DNA of 64,000 nt, taken from assembly GCA_040954595.2 (NCBI GenBank), contig CM082579.2, positions 9,413,625 to 9,477,624 of the forward strand, in the 5' to 3' direction. Source of the DNA: Balanoglossus misakiensis. Lineage: Eukaryota; Animalia; Hemichordata. Position numbers and translations under genes: made by a program. This document shows positions 13,001-39,017 of the stretch, in pieces; positions within the stretch are counted from its first letter, which is position 1, and each line of letters opens with the position of its first letter. The notes under the pieces are model-generated. The model saw nothing but the letters and a program-made list of their open reading frames with translations. It did no database searches and was not told where the DNA came from.

Positions 13001-16000
13001 CCTTTTTGGGGGAAAAAATAAAATCAGCTACAATCGGAGAGATGAATATTTTATTTCTTTTTATCAAATTCTAATGGCATCGATCGCGTCCCTTCCTCTG
13101 AATGCCGGGGTCATTCATATATGAATTAACTCTGATGAATTATAAACTGCCGATTCAGAGTGAATAACAACTGTACTTTCTGCTCAGTGGCCAAAACCCA
13201 TCACAAGCTGTCACCAAATGCTGAAATTTTAATCTGACGATTTGTAACAGACAGGCAAATGCTCCTTTGACCTTCACACCCCCGTGCTTTGGACTAGTCC
13301 AAATTGGTTTGGCAGTGACATTGGACTCGCGTACTAATAATTAGGGGTGAGAGAAAACGACATGTGAAGCTCTCAAAAACCGGACATACTGGGACAAGAA
13401 TATCCTGACGCCATGATCGTTAATATTACCTGTTCCAGGTTGCTCTTGATACCTTCAAATGTCCTGGTTGCTTCCTGTAGTTTTTTCGTTAAGCTCATCA
13501 GTGCGTTAAACTCGCAATCTTTCTTGCTGGCCTTGCTTCTGGGCGAGCTTTCCTTCCTGGAAGACTGGTCGCAATCTCTGCCCGCCTGCTCATCCAGTTG
13601 CTTTCTGAAGGCCTTGTTCTGACTGTGCAGTAGGTCGATCTGTGCCTCCAGTTTTTGGATTTCATTCTGGGGTAGGTGGGGAGGGAGGGAGGGAGGGAGG
13701 AAGAGAGTGAGATGGGGGGAGAGAAAGAGAGAGAGAACACTCTGAAATGTGACTTTTGCAGAACTAATGTAATGAAGTTCTAAGTTTAACCCACATCCAG
13801 ATTCACACAATGATCTGTGTCTTGGAATTGATGATAATTTGCCACGAATTACATGTACATGGTGCCGCACCGTATATAAACGCTTGTGCCTGGCTAGCTG
13901 CAATGAAACCTGAATGTTCCCTTCCCCCAAACTCTGGAAATAAAAAGTGCATGACATGGTCCCATTGCCATAGGCACCATGCACGTGGTGAACTCTCTTT
14001 TATCTGTTACAGTTCCGGCAAATTGTGTACAATTCATTTTGGTATACAACCTCCCTACTTGTATGTACATGTATATCTGTAGTTCCACTCTGAAGATGGA
14101 ACGCAATTGAAAATGCAACCCTTCCTCTTATTGGATGTGGTATCATTTACACCAAGCTACTGCGGGATTTTAATAAAGTTGACTTTCAAGCAAGCTGAAA
14201 GTGTTCCTCGGAGAATGAATTTTGATTAGGCCAAAGTTTTGGATATTGTCATCCAAAATGTCTCAGAAACAGCCTGCCTAACTTTTAAAAAATATTATTT
14301 TCCAGTTTGGGTACATTCATTGATTTAGTCCTAAATTAATTCTGATGTCTTTAGTCTAAATTATATTTTTGTCTCAATGTAACATTCTATATGTATGTGT
14401 GAAATACAAATTCAGACCAAAGTATGATGGAAAGAAGTTATAAATGCAGTTATTTGCAGAGCACTTGAGCTGCGCAAACATGAGGGCGGCCACCATGAAT
14501 CATCTTCAAACAAAAGTTATTACAATGAAGTCACCCTATCACCAAACGATGTTGAGGAACACTTAGGAAGTATGGTATACTGTTTCCATACATGTAAACT
14601 TTAAAATGGACATTCCCATTCATCATGTGAAATACGCATTGGATTTTGAGGCCAGCTAGCTAGATTGTGCAAAATGCTCCAGCCCAGAAAAGTGGTGGAG
14701 GTTAGCGGGGACTGATTTTAATCTACCGGCTTCAGAGATGCCATCACACAGCGCTGCTTTAGGAATTCGCATTCATCGGTGCATCGCCGGCTGTGAGACC
14801 GATGTTCAACAAAAATTAGCGGGGAAAGGGAATCAAAGTCGACGTCTCTGTACACGTACAGGGAATCTAACTCAACATCTTTGTACACGTGTGCATGCTA
14901 CGATGTACATATGCATGTACATGCACAGTTGCTTTAATCTAATTGCTCGCTGACAAGGGAAAGTCAGTCGCATCACGAGTGCAAACATTTGCTCAGAGTC
15001 CCATCTGCAAGATCCGTGTGAGGGCATCTTTAACTTGAATTTTCTGCAGCCCCTAGACTGAACATTCTGACTGCCAATGGACACTTTCAGTGCTCAGGGG
15101 TCAAATTACATACATTCTCCAAAAGAGGTGGTGGACAAATTGATGACAGGGTCTTTACTAGAATCAATCATTTTTTTTTGTAAATGATATTTGATAAGTC
15201 AAAATTAGTGTGATTTACATGTAGTTCAAAGTTGAGTACTGCCATGGAAAAGTGCTATAACTCTATAAACTCGCCATAATTCTGTTCTGTTTATCACAGG
15301 TACAGTGCAAATTTCATTTGTACATAGTTACCATATTGAGCTTGATCCCTTCTCAAAGAACGGAGGAATTTTTGTTACTCTGCGCACATGTTTTACAGTA
15401 TCCTGATCCACAGCCTAAGTGGCAATGTGTGGACAAGTTATAATGCATAGATCTCATTGCTTTAAATGTTAATACACTATAAAAGCCCTCTGTCAACTGG
15501 GCACTAAGTGGATGAACATATTTTATGTTCCTTTGAAGAGGTGTTTCAAGCACAAATGTGGTGGCGCAACTTTTCAGTGGAGAGTTTTCTGCGTCTGTCC
15601 AAATACTTAGATTCCCACAAGTTTCTCTACTGTGACAATACAATATACCAGCTACTCTGTCAGGAAAAAAAAACACCGAAAGAAAAATAGCCTGTCCACT
15701 GCATGACGGTGACATTTTTTTTTTTCTCTGGCCCCTGAATTTTTCATCGTGTTGTCGTAAGCCGTGTCACCGGACAGCTTCCGAGTTTCCCATGCAGTGT
15801 TTGAAGTCCATTAGATATTCATGTGATGGACGGCTTTTATTTGAGAAATGCGACAGTCGGGATAGTTTAACATTTGGTGAATTGCATGGACCAGTGTGTG
15901 GACTGACCCCCGCGCATGGGCCATAAACCTGAAAGGTCTCGAAAACAAGCGTGTGAGCGATCGCCGATGTCTTCGACACTTGCGCGTTCAGTTGCGCGAT

Positions 16001-19000
16001 CTGGCGGCCCGGTGTGTCAACTGACCCACGCCATAAACCTGAAAGGTCTCGAAAACAAGCGTGTGAGCGATCGCCGATGTCTTCGACACTTGCGCGTTCA
16101 GTTGCGCGATCTGGCGGCCCGGTGTGTCAACTGACCCGCGCCATAAACCTGAAAGGTTGCGAAACAAGCGTGTGAGCGATCGCTGATGTCTTTGACACTT
16201 GCCCACGATGCGATCCGACGGGGGGAAGTATCATCAGTCTAACAACGTACTAACATCTTGCAAAGTCTGAAAACGGAAACATCCTGAAGTATTGCGTGCG
16301 GGTACCTGGTTTTCACACTCGATCTGGGAAAACCTGTGACCAGATTGAAAGACCGGACGAAAACACTCGGCAACGCAAAAGACACCAAGTGTGTGTCACG
16401 ACGGAAATCGTCAAAAAACGTCATAAAATATTAAAACCCTCCAAACTGTCAAGGGGGATGTAATTAAAAAAACTACTAACAGTGCATGAAAATGCATCTG
16501 TCTCGGACATGGCAAACGAACAGTCACCGCGCGTAAACAGTCAGCATCTGTACATTTAACTCAGCTCCCAAACATTTTATTTTTTTTGCAATTCACGTGT
16601 ATGCTCAGCAAACTCTCAGCTGCAGTTTGTGCGCGTAATGACATTAAAGACCCCGGGATGAGTAGCCCCATGAACGGTGTCTGGGGATATTTACGATAGA
16701 GGACTGCAAGTCTGGCGGGTCAAAGTCCTTTGAAGTTGGATGAATTCTCCTTGCCCTTTGCTGGGATGACAAAGAGCTTTTGGTCAGTGTATTTAATCCT
16801 AACGGTGAAATTAATTTACAATAACCAGTTGGTCGCACACCTTGCAATGGTGATGGAGCCTTTTCCATTTGTGTGCCTTGCTTGTGGATTGCCTTACTGT
16901 CATAGTACCTTAGGACGATTCCCACATGTGGTAATTTTAAAGTCACGTTAAAAATCTGCCTTTTAATATTATTTTTTACATAGATCCTCATATGTCAATC
17001 TTTGTAACCGTCCCATTGCTTAATATGATATCTTTAATTATACACATTTATTGCTGTCCATTTTTACTTTTCATGTAAAGCACGTTGGAATAATTTATTA
17101 CATAATGCACTACATGTACCTGTACATGTATATGAGAATTAAAGATTGATCACCCGGTAAATATTTGGCTACAATTAGGGGAAAATGTAGCAGGTAAATG
17201 CTTGTCAAAAGCAGCCTGTATAACACAATCCCTGCCCCATCCAGATTGATTGACTATGCGGAAGGGAACATGTACAGGGCAGGTATAAAATGAGTGGTAA
17301 ACCATTGTATGTGCATCATAAAACTGGTTTTAATAACACCCTTGATAACAAAACAGTGTTTGAGTCATACTACATCGAGCTGTCACCTGTGCAGACTGAT
17401 GGTGGTTCACACATTCAGTTTTCACAAAGACAATACAGTGTTTAACCGTTTTTTAACCAATGCAGTATGATCCAGTCTCGTTGATTTCAAGGATGTGTTT
17501 TGAGTTATAGATATACACTGGGAACTCAATTCAAAGTTTTACATGACCCAAGTATTTTCTAAAAACAATAGAATACAATAAGCTTTTTTTCTTTACTCTT
17601 GTGTAACTTATAAGTAAATTCAGGTGACAAAGTCGGTAAAATGATTATATATAACCATTACTAGGAATGCTTGTTTCGTCAAATAAATCGCTATCAGAAG
17701 ACCATTGGGAAATATGAGCGAAATGCAATACTGCTGTACAGGAACAATGTATACGTACAGCGTAAGTACCAAAAACACATTTGAATAAGAATGCCACGGC
17801 GATCGAATGACAGAAATTTCAATTCCACCAACCCGCAGCTTCGATAACCGAGTACTTTAGCTAATGAAAGACGGCGGGTTTGTTCCCATTAAAGGGACAA
17901 AGTCTCTCTCTCGCTATCCTTTTTCCATTAATTATGTTTGATACAAGACACCGTTTATATTATTCTACATGTGGATATACAGTGAATCAACGCTCGACCA
18001 CACACATGTTCTATCCAACTTGTAGACACGAGAGTGAAAAACTCGCCAAAATGAATAATCGGTGTTTACCATTTATTCATTTTGTCGGGATTTTTACTCT
18101 CATATCCTACAAACGGGATGGAAGTTGTGTGTCGTTGAACGTTGATTCACTTTATATCCACGTGTAGAATAACATAAACGGTGTCCTGTATCAAACATAA
18201 TCGATGGAAAAAGGCCTGCGAGATAGAGACTTTGTCCCATTAAAGGTCACCCCTTCCTACCTCGTAGTCTTGATAGAGTACGTCGAATCGTGCCTTCCTC
18301 ATGGCGGCCGTGGACATCGAACCCAGACTGCCATCGCACTGGCTCCCGGCACCTGGCAGACAAGGCAGAACGGAATTATTACACGCATAAACCTGGGAAG
18401 CCCGCTGTCTCTAGCCACTTAAATGACAATTAAGCTGCGCCAAACGCGACAGCACCTGATGTCATCGTTTGTCGCATGTGATCCGTTTACTTTTTTTGCG
18501 TTTTAATTAATACACGATAATGGCCTGGAATTTAATACATTGCATGCATAATTGAATCAGTCAATGCGGTCCAAATTAGTACAACGAAGATGCCTTGGGA
18601 TTAGATACATGTCTGTAATGACAATGCAATGTTTTAATGATGCAAAAATCAAGGATAACTTCAAAGGACTGTATGTGTACCTTATGTTATGGACTAACAT
18701 ACAGTTTGTAGTGGTTCACAACAAGTTTTACTATTTTCTATTTTAAGCCTTTATATCCATATAATATATTTTGATAACATTCTCAGATGTCTACTTTAGA
18801 GAAGAGTGTAAGCGGTGAATACATCTGCTAGGTGAAAACGAATTATTGTCAAAAAATAACCTGTGGTTAAACCTCAAGTGTCATGAGTGCCTCCACCATG
18901 AAAGGTACAGTGCAGCTTAGGAATAGCTTTCCAATTTGCTAACAACTTGCTGACACGGTGTTTATAATGAGCCAACACAGTGTTAGCCTGTGTGTTCCAA

Positions 19001-21473
19001 GTGTTACAAAGGTGTGAATCTGTTGGCCCTGGCACTTGGCATTGTTCAGTGTTAGCATGTGCTACAAAGGTGTTAAACCTTGGCGCACCCTATTGTTTTG
19101 GCACACAGTGTTAGCCTGTGTGTTCCAAGTGTTACAAAGGTGTGAATCTGTTGGCCCTGGCACTTGGCATTGTTCAGTGTTAGCACCTTGGCGCACCCTA
19201 TTGTTTTGGAACACCCCAGTTAAACACAAGCCCAATAGGTGCTAATTAGAGCGCCAATAGGGTGCCAACCCAGAGTTGACCCAGTGTTTAAACAGAGCTG
19301 ACCCAGTGTTGGTGCAGTTGGAAAGCTATTCCTAAGCTGCACTGTATCAGGATGGTTACCCCCTGGAGATTTCCCTACCCATCAGTATGGGGTAGGGTTG
19401 GGTCCACTGGGCCAGTGTTCAGGGGGTAAGCATCCTAGAACCTCATTGAGCGGATGGTTTCAACAAGAAAAAAGTTGTAATTGGGAGGGGGGATTTTCAA
19501 CTTCAAGAAGCATCCAACTAGGGCAAACTGCGTGTTAATTAACAAAGTCTAAAATATCAGCCTAGTAACGTCTGAAAACTGTCCACCATTGCTCACCAAT
19601 GATTGGCCTGCATGGGTTGTCGGCGGTGATGGGCGTCCGACAGGTCGGGCACTGCTCGTTGTGTTGCAGCCACAGGTCCATGCAAGGCGTGCAGAACACA
19701 TGCTGGTTGGGGCAAACTATCGGTTGCTTCACCTGTGGAATAGACACAAAATACAGTCAATGACTCTAGAACGTACAGATGAGTTTCATATAAACTGATG
19801 AGAGATGATTTTTCCCCCAAGGTGATCTCAAGACATCAAACGCCAGTAAAATCGGGTCAAGGAGAAAGGACAGTGTTTAAAGATCACAATCCAACGGCAT
19901 TACCCCGTTAAAGTCATTTTATAAGTCGCAGCGGTATTATAAGTCGCACCCCTTCTTTGAAAGACTTGTTTGGGAGGAGATTTTAAGGAAATGAATACAA
20001 TGTCAGAACATTGGTATTATAAGTCGCACCCCCTTTTCGGCACACACTGTCACTTAAAAAAGGTGCGTCTTATAAAATGACTTTAACGGTACACCGTTTC
20101 TTGATAAATGGTGACATGACATCTCATAAAGAAATATTTTTATTTGTATGTCTCCACTGTCTTTTCTTCAAGTTTTTGTCTTGTGCCTTGATCATAATGC
20201 AAAAATTCATTCAGCTTCACATGCTATCATCAAATTATTTCAATGTTAAGTTGCATATCATGTCAACATGTGAGAAAAAGAGGTCTGAAATACATTTGTA
20301 AACTCTGTACCCTCCTAAGCCAACATGGTTCACTGATGACGCAAGAGGATCAACTGTAATGAAAGTTTCATTAGAAATGTTTCCTTTGAATTGTAAAGAT
20401 GAAGCAGTGATATATGCAATTTTTGAACGATTCAATCAGATTGACTCATAGAGCTCTGGACACACTGGTAAAATACCACCATAAATCATGTTGCATGTAT
20501 AACACAGCAAACATCATCTTGAGTGTCAACCTGGCAAATTTAACCCTAATAAGGGTGGCCCTGTTCACCTTTTAACATAGATTTCTACCATTGATCATTA
20601 TTATATCAATCAACTACATGTACATCAAATGTTTTCAACACATTCATCAAATCAAGTCAACTCTTCTCTGAAATGGATACAATCACTGTCTGGCAGCCTG
20701 TTAATATTGCTTAACTCAAATGACTTCATCGCATCCATCTCGCAGAATTGATGAGAATTCCGTGACAAGAACCGTTTTAAATTTCTTTCCCACCAATCCA
20801 GCTTGAATAATTGAAGGAATGCACCTGTTCACCCCTGGCTCCCTATGGTATGGTCTACCTGACCACACATAAATACGCGCAAACATTACAAACATATTCT
20901 GAGAGGGTGAACCCGGGTTAATCTCTCACGCGGTGTTAGTTTTCCCCTTGCAGCTGTGTTTGCAGGGTTATCTTCAGTTTACAGGCCCCGAGCTGCTCCA
21001 GTACAACATCAAAGCCACAAATCAGTCAGTGAGCAACACAGCTCCGAGTGAAATTAGGTGTTAATGTTTTTTAAATCTTCCACAGGGATTTTGGCATTCC
21101 TATCTGCAACTCAAATTACTTTGGTACGATAGCAGCGATACAACTCATCGCAGTCAATCTTGACTATGAAATGTTACTCCCGCTGGATAGCAAGCATGCT
21201 ACTGCCCAAAATTACCATACAGAGAAGTCAGTGGAACTGTGGTGTAGTATGCTACCCAAATCTCATATATACTTTGCTGTGGCAGGGGTTATTGCGTAAA
21301 TTATACATTTTATGCATAAATTGGGAAAGTTTAGCATCAACAACAAATTGGTTATGAAGCGATATTTTGTTTAAAAAAACAAATACATGTATATGATTTA
21401 TTAAGTTTACTGTATCATTTCAAAAGTATCAACAAAAATAACAATGAAAATGAGATGTTGATGATGATGATGT

Positions 21474-21543
<70 letters not shown>

Positions 21544-22161
21544 AAACATGGCATTGGTGATGATGACACTAACAGGGTTTTGAACTTCCTTTCTGAAGCT
21601 TTAGTTCACGTCTCGGTAAAATTAATTCAATCAAGGCAGAGTACAATGTAACAAACGCTTGAATTGACGACGTCATTTTTGGATAATATATTCACTGACT
21701 GAACGAAGTTTAACAATAAAATTTGTAAATTTCACTCCATGCTCTGACATTTAAATTCTTGTATTATAAACACAGTGACACCAACAAAGTTCTGGAGCCG
21801 CTGATCGATAATCGACTGCTTTCAGATACCGTGGGGACACATTCCTGTCCCTCCCAACACTTTGTATGGGTTTAAACTCAGTATCCGCTGATTGTACATT
21901 GCCGCCAATACTTGTATTTCAAACGAACCGCCACAGCTGACGACACTGACATGAAACATGTTCGACGATCAACATTGATGGGACGGACAAACGACTATAT
22001 CACTGAGAAGACACGCTGCAATGCAACCCCAAATCTTGTGAACGCTACAGACAATAAAGAGTAAAACGGTTAAAGCAAACCTTTCCGAGACAAATTTGAC
22101 AAGATATGGGGAGAGTGAACGAGATAGTTGCACTCTGCTTCCGTGACGGTCCCTCTGCCAT
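4005..22161 (-). CDS. OBI1: ORC ubiquitin ligase 1 (RNF219), RING-finger E3 ligase, 6 coding exons, 823 aa
   Basis: Phase-compatible GT-AG exons: 22161-22081 (MAEGPSRKQSATISFTLPISCQICLGK), 19732-19597 (VKQPIVCPNQHVFCTPCMDLWLQHNEQCPTCRTPITADNPCRPII), 18352-18261, 13666-13430, 12081-11993 (LRLENQKLRQELAERSPQ), 5841-4005 (K-YGRFTVAAQQSKLDQYEREIKQLKRAL then a long Ser/Pro-rich tail). Total 2472 nt. The RING and the RSPQK(Y/F)GRF.VAA.QSK..QYERE coiled-coil block match OBI1 as I recall it. Confidence 0.95.
15921..16202. repeat. Tandem repeat, 110-bp unit, about 2.6 copies
   Basis: CCATAAACCTGAAAGG recurs at 15921, 16031 and 16141. The first two units are near-identical. Confidence 0.95.
17893..18239. 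mobile_element. Fold-back MITE family 1 (TTAA target, AGGG ends; Kolobok-like)
   Basis: TTAA|AGGGACAAAGTCTCT...AGAGACTTTGTCCCA|TTAA, and the whole element is an imperfect palindrome. It ends about 20 nt from the OBI1 exon 3 donor. Confidence 0.85.
18908..19344. mobile_element. Tc1/mariner-type MITE with an internal direct duplication
   Basis: TA|CAGTGCAGCTTAGGAATAGCTTTCCAA...TTGGAAAGCTATTCCTAAGCTGCACTG|TA (27-bp perfect TIR). Internal 83-bp direct repeat at 18975-19057 and 19103-19185. Confidence 0.9.
19903..20089. mobile_element. TA-flanked MITE (Tc1/mariner/pogo-like)
   Basis: TIR CCGTTAAAGTCATTTTATAAG / CTTATAAAATGACTTTAACGG, with TATAAGTCGCA repeated internally. Confidence 0.85.
21454..21543. 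repeat. (GAT)n microsatellite
   Basis: Long, nearly pure GAT run in OBI1 intron 1. Confidence 0.97.
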
Positions 22162-22475
22162 TTTGTCAATGGATCATTTCTGCGCAAGCTCGCGAGCCTT
22201 TTCACATCCAGGTGATTTCAGGTAAATACAGCTTCGTCGGCAAATATTAAATATTGAGAACTACTCCCGTCATATGTGCCAGATATTAAAACAATTACTG
22301 AATGGAGTTGATGGTTGAGTATAATTCAATTGATTTGGGTTGCCAGCCCCACAGAAATCTTGCGAACTTTGTACCGGAAAGCGTAGGGATATATACACAC
22401 GAGGTGTTGCTAGGCACCGGCTTGTGGGTTTGACAAGTGTACAGTACCAAGTGAATGTTGTTGTTTTGAAACAAA
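22162..22475. promoter_or_regulatory. Bidirectional promoter shared by OBI1 and SLC10A7
   Basis: Only 314 nt separate the divergent start codons. The gap contains palindrome GCTCGCGAGC (22188-22197), TGCGCA and an ETS-like CCGGAA, and a YY1-like AAAATGGC overlaps the OBI1 ATG. Confidence 0.75.
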
Positions 22476-36168
<13,693 letters not shown>

Positions 36169-37152
36169 CCACAACAACACTGCTGGGAAGATCAACTTTT
36201 TTGCTGCATTTATTTTCTTCTTCTTTGAAATATTATATTCCTCTAAATCAAATTTGGCCACTGCCTGTTCAATCATGGTACGATTGAAAGTTTTTAATCA
36301 AGCCGCACCTGATTGGCTGATCCACTAATTTATGCAGAAACCTGCCTGCTGCTATAAAGCGGTTATTGACTCAAAGTCAACTCGAAGAGAACATTGTATC
36401 GGGTAATTTTAAATACAGTGATAATTACACTGTGTTGTTGCTTTAGACAGTAGATCTTATTATTTTTTTTTTTGAGCCACTCAGGTTTGTTTTTTTAGTG
36501 CTGTATTTCTTTATTTTGTTCTGTACATTTTTCATAATCTGGTTTTGGTCTGGCCCAACAAGTCAACTCGACTGGTATGATCCAGTTACTTAAAATCAGA
36601 CAACCAACTCAAGACCAATCACGCATAAGTTTAAGTTTATCAGCGACATTGTCAACTTTAGGGATAGAAACTAACAGGGCATGGATAAGGTTAGATGGGA
36701 CTTTTGATGGACGTATTAAGGGAACGCATGTTGATGTAAAGTTTGATTGTCCTGGTAATGGACAATGGGCTGGGTATTATTGGGAAGATTGAAACAACAG
36801 CGATATACATTTTTGTTTGTGTATTCCTGTGGTTCTAAGGCTACTTAATTTTGATGGTTGTTTCTGTAAAAACTATATTTTTTTTTCCGTCAATTATGTT
36901 GGGGATGCACGACCGTATATTCTGGGTGTGTACTTCAGAGACCGTAAAATAGTCAAAAGAGCTTTTCATTTTGTAAAATGTGATTCTTGTGCAATCTAAA
37001 AAATATGGATGTTTTCCAATAATTTGATAATGTTTCTCTTAACTGACGTTTTTCTTAAGACGTAGCAAGTGGAAAACGAAACATTCCGTGTAACCATATT
37101 GATCAGTCAAAGCCTATCACAGCAGCGAAGGGCGGTGTTCTGTTGCAGTCTC

Positions 37153-37170
37153 TGCCAACAGAGGGCGCCA
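37153..37170 (+). promoter_or_regulatory. CTCF-like core motif
   Basis: CCAACAGAGGGCGC (37155-37168) has one mismatch to CCASYAGRKGGCRS. It is intergenic, between SLC10A7 and the sulfotransferase-like gene. Confidence 0.45.
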
Positions 37171-37774
37171 GCGCCATGATTTACATGTTCGTCCATTTAC
37201 GAAATGGGCAATGGCCAAGACTTGCAATCGACAACAGAATGATTCCATCTAAATTACAATTATCTGTAGCATTTTGTATCAAAAGTTTGTATTATTAACT
37301 TGTCTATTTCATTAGTGCAACACTTCACTGGAAATATCGCTTCTTTTGAAATGATTTCCATAATTGAGAGGAAATGTAAATCTTCAGTCTATCTTTACTA
37401 TCACACATAGAAATGCATGTTCAAACATGGCTGTAACGATTCCTAAATTGCATGATGATTTAGCAAACTGTAAGGGATAGTATACCCCCTTTTCAATGCT
37501 GTCCGGGGTAAAAAGTTATTTATTTGTCTAGTTAAAAATAAAGTCTGATTTTTACAAATCTGTGAACTTGTGGTTGTACACTTTTTTGTGGGACTGGCTC
37601 GACAAGTCACCATTTCCCATTTCAAACAACATTGTGAACCCATGTCTGTGTTGAAATCAAACACTGAATTTGCGGATTGTATGAATATATGAGTGTTTTT
37701 ATGAATGTTTGCATGTATAGGAACTATGAAAAAAACAGTTGGGCACAAAAAATATCGGGCAAATGGAAACTTCA

Positions 37775-37960
37775 ACCCCGGAAGTGAAATGGCTATAAAC
37801 GAAAGAAAATCGCTTTTTCAACTGGACGGCCCCCTTTCGCAAAGTACATGTACGTATGCGTTTTATTCACACACGAAGGCTCTGCCTGTCAGCCTTGTGT
37901 CGCCCAGAGAAAGTCTTTTTGAAGTACTGGAACACACTCATGCGGCCTTTGTGAAACGGT
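37775..37960 (+). promoter_or_regulatory. Candidate promoter and non-coding first exon of the sulfotransferase-like gene
   Basis: ETS site CCGGAAGTG (37778-37786), TATAAA (37794-37799), and donor CG|gtaag at 37959 that could join the acceptor at 39010. Confidence 0.4.
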
Positions 37961-38418
37961 AAGATCTACATGAACGTGAAATACAGGGTGGAATAGAGTT
38001 TATCCTGGTCTCGGCTCTGTGTGTGTCAAGACTGTGCTCCCCGTTTGCCAGAATGGTCTGGTTTCGCTCTCAGATGTGCAGTACAAGAATTAGTTCAATC
38101 TGAAACGAAGGGTGGCGAAGGACAGTATCGCCACATCATAATAGGGTTTTGGGACACCGCAATCTCCACAAAATTGAACAGACGTTAATATGCCGACAAA
38201 ATAGAGTGAATGCCACAAAATCTTTCGCTTTATTTTGTGGGGAAAGCAGAGTGTTTTCGCTATGATTTGTAGTGAAACTCGATGTCATGTCAGTGTCCTT
38301 GAAACTAAATGCCCGGGGTCCTATTTTTAGTTCAAACTGGAGCAAGGGACCGGGCGGTTGCATTGCCCCCGGCCACTCACCTTTCGATGCAAACATAACA
38401 GAAACAAAATTGATATTA

Positions 38419-38729
38419 TATTATACCAGTATATTGATGGTGTAAATCACGCTATTTGATTGGTCGAGACACGACACGTGACCGTGATATATTAGCCATA
38501 TACCACAGTCATATATCATAGTTAAAGAAAATGCCTTTTTAAAATGTTTTATGCAAAGTTTCAATATACTGGCATAATATAATAGCAATAAAACACCCCC
38601 AGCCATGGTATACCACTCGATTTTGACCAGTTCAACTCCATATACGCACTCGCTATCGCTCGTGCGTATATGTCGTGAACTGGTCAAAATCTCTTGATAT
38701 ACCATGCCTGGGGGTGTTTTATTGCTTAA
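38419..38729. mobile_element. Double-hairpin non-autonomous element, Crypton-like (copy 1)
   Basis: 311 bp, near-identical to 54955-55265. Hairpin 1 is TATTATACCAGTATATTGA...TCAATATACTGGCATAATA. Hairpin 2 is AGCAATAAAACACCCCCAG...CTGGGGGTGTTTTATTGCT. Superfamily assignment is tentative. Confidence 0.75.
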
Positions 38730-39017
38730 TTAAAATTCAAGTCACGTCACTTAACCAGGTCTCAAACAAGGTCTTGTCTGAAGCTAAGCTAACGCTGGTA
38801 AAATGCACGTATTAAGCTTTCATCCCACACGATCAAAAGCAATACTATACGTAAACAGGCCCATTAAATTCAGCCCAAGTGGCTTTGGGATAAAACGTAG
38901 CCGCCTCTTTGTGGCGTATTCAATGAGGTCACTGTGACTTCTCGGAAGGTCATGGAGTGGTGACCGCGATGAGGCCATGCACTGACGGATATTATTATTT
39001 TTGTGTTCAGGATCAAC

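Noticed and set aside
15767-16206. Repeated peptide SKTSAIAHTLVFETFQVYG / CRISPR-like spacing
   Set aside because: Head-to-tail 110-bp tandem repeat with no unique spacers, in an animal genome with no cas genes.
16655-16740. Vaguely tRNA/SINE-like segment
   Set aside because: No foldable cloverleaf or intact A/B boxes. I could not support any tRNA or rRNA in the window.
36300-36410. CCAAT plus TATA-like promoter signature
   Set aside because: Lies in the probable SLC10A7 3'UTR. Short motifs only, and a better candidate promoter exists near 37780.
38421-38705. 94-aa ORF duplicated at 54957-55241
   Set aside because: A by-product of the duplicated hairpin element, not a gene.
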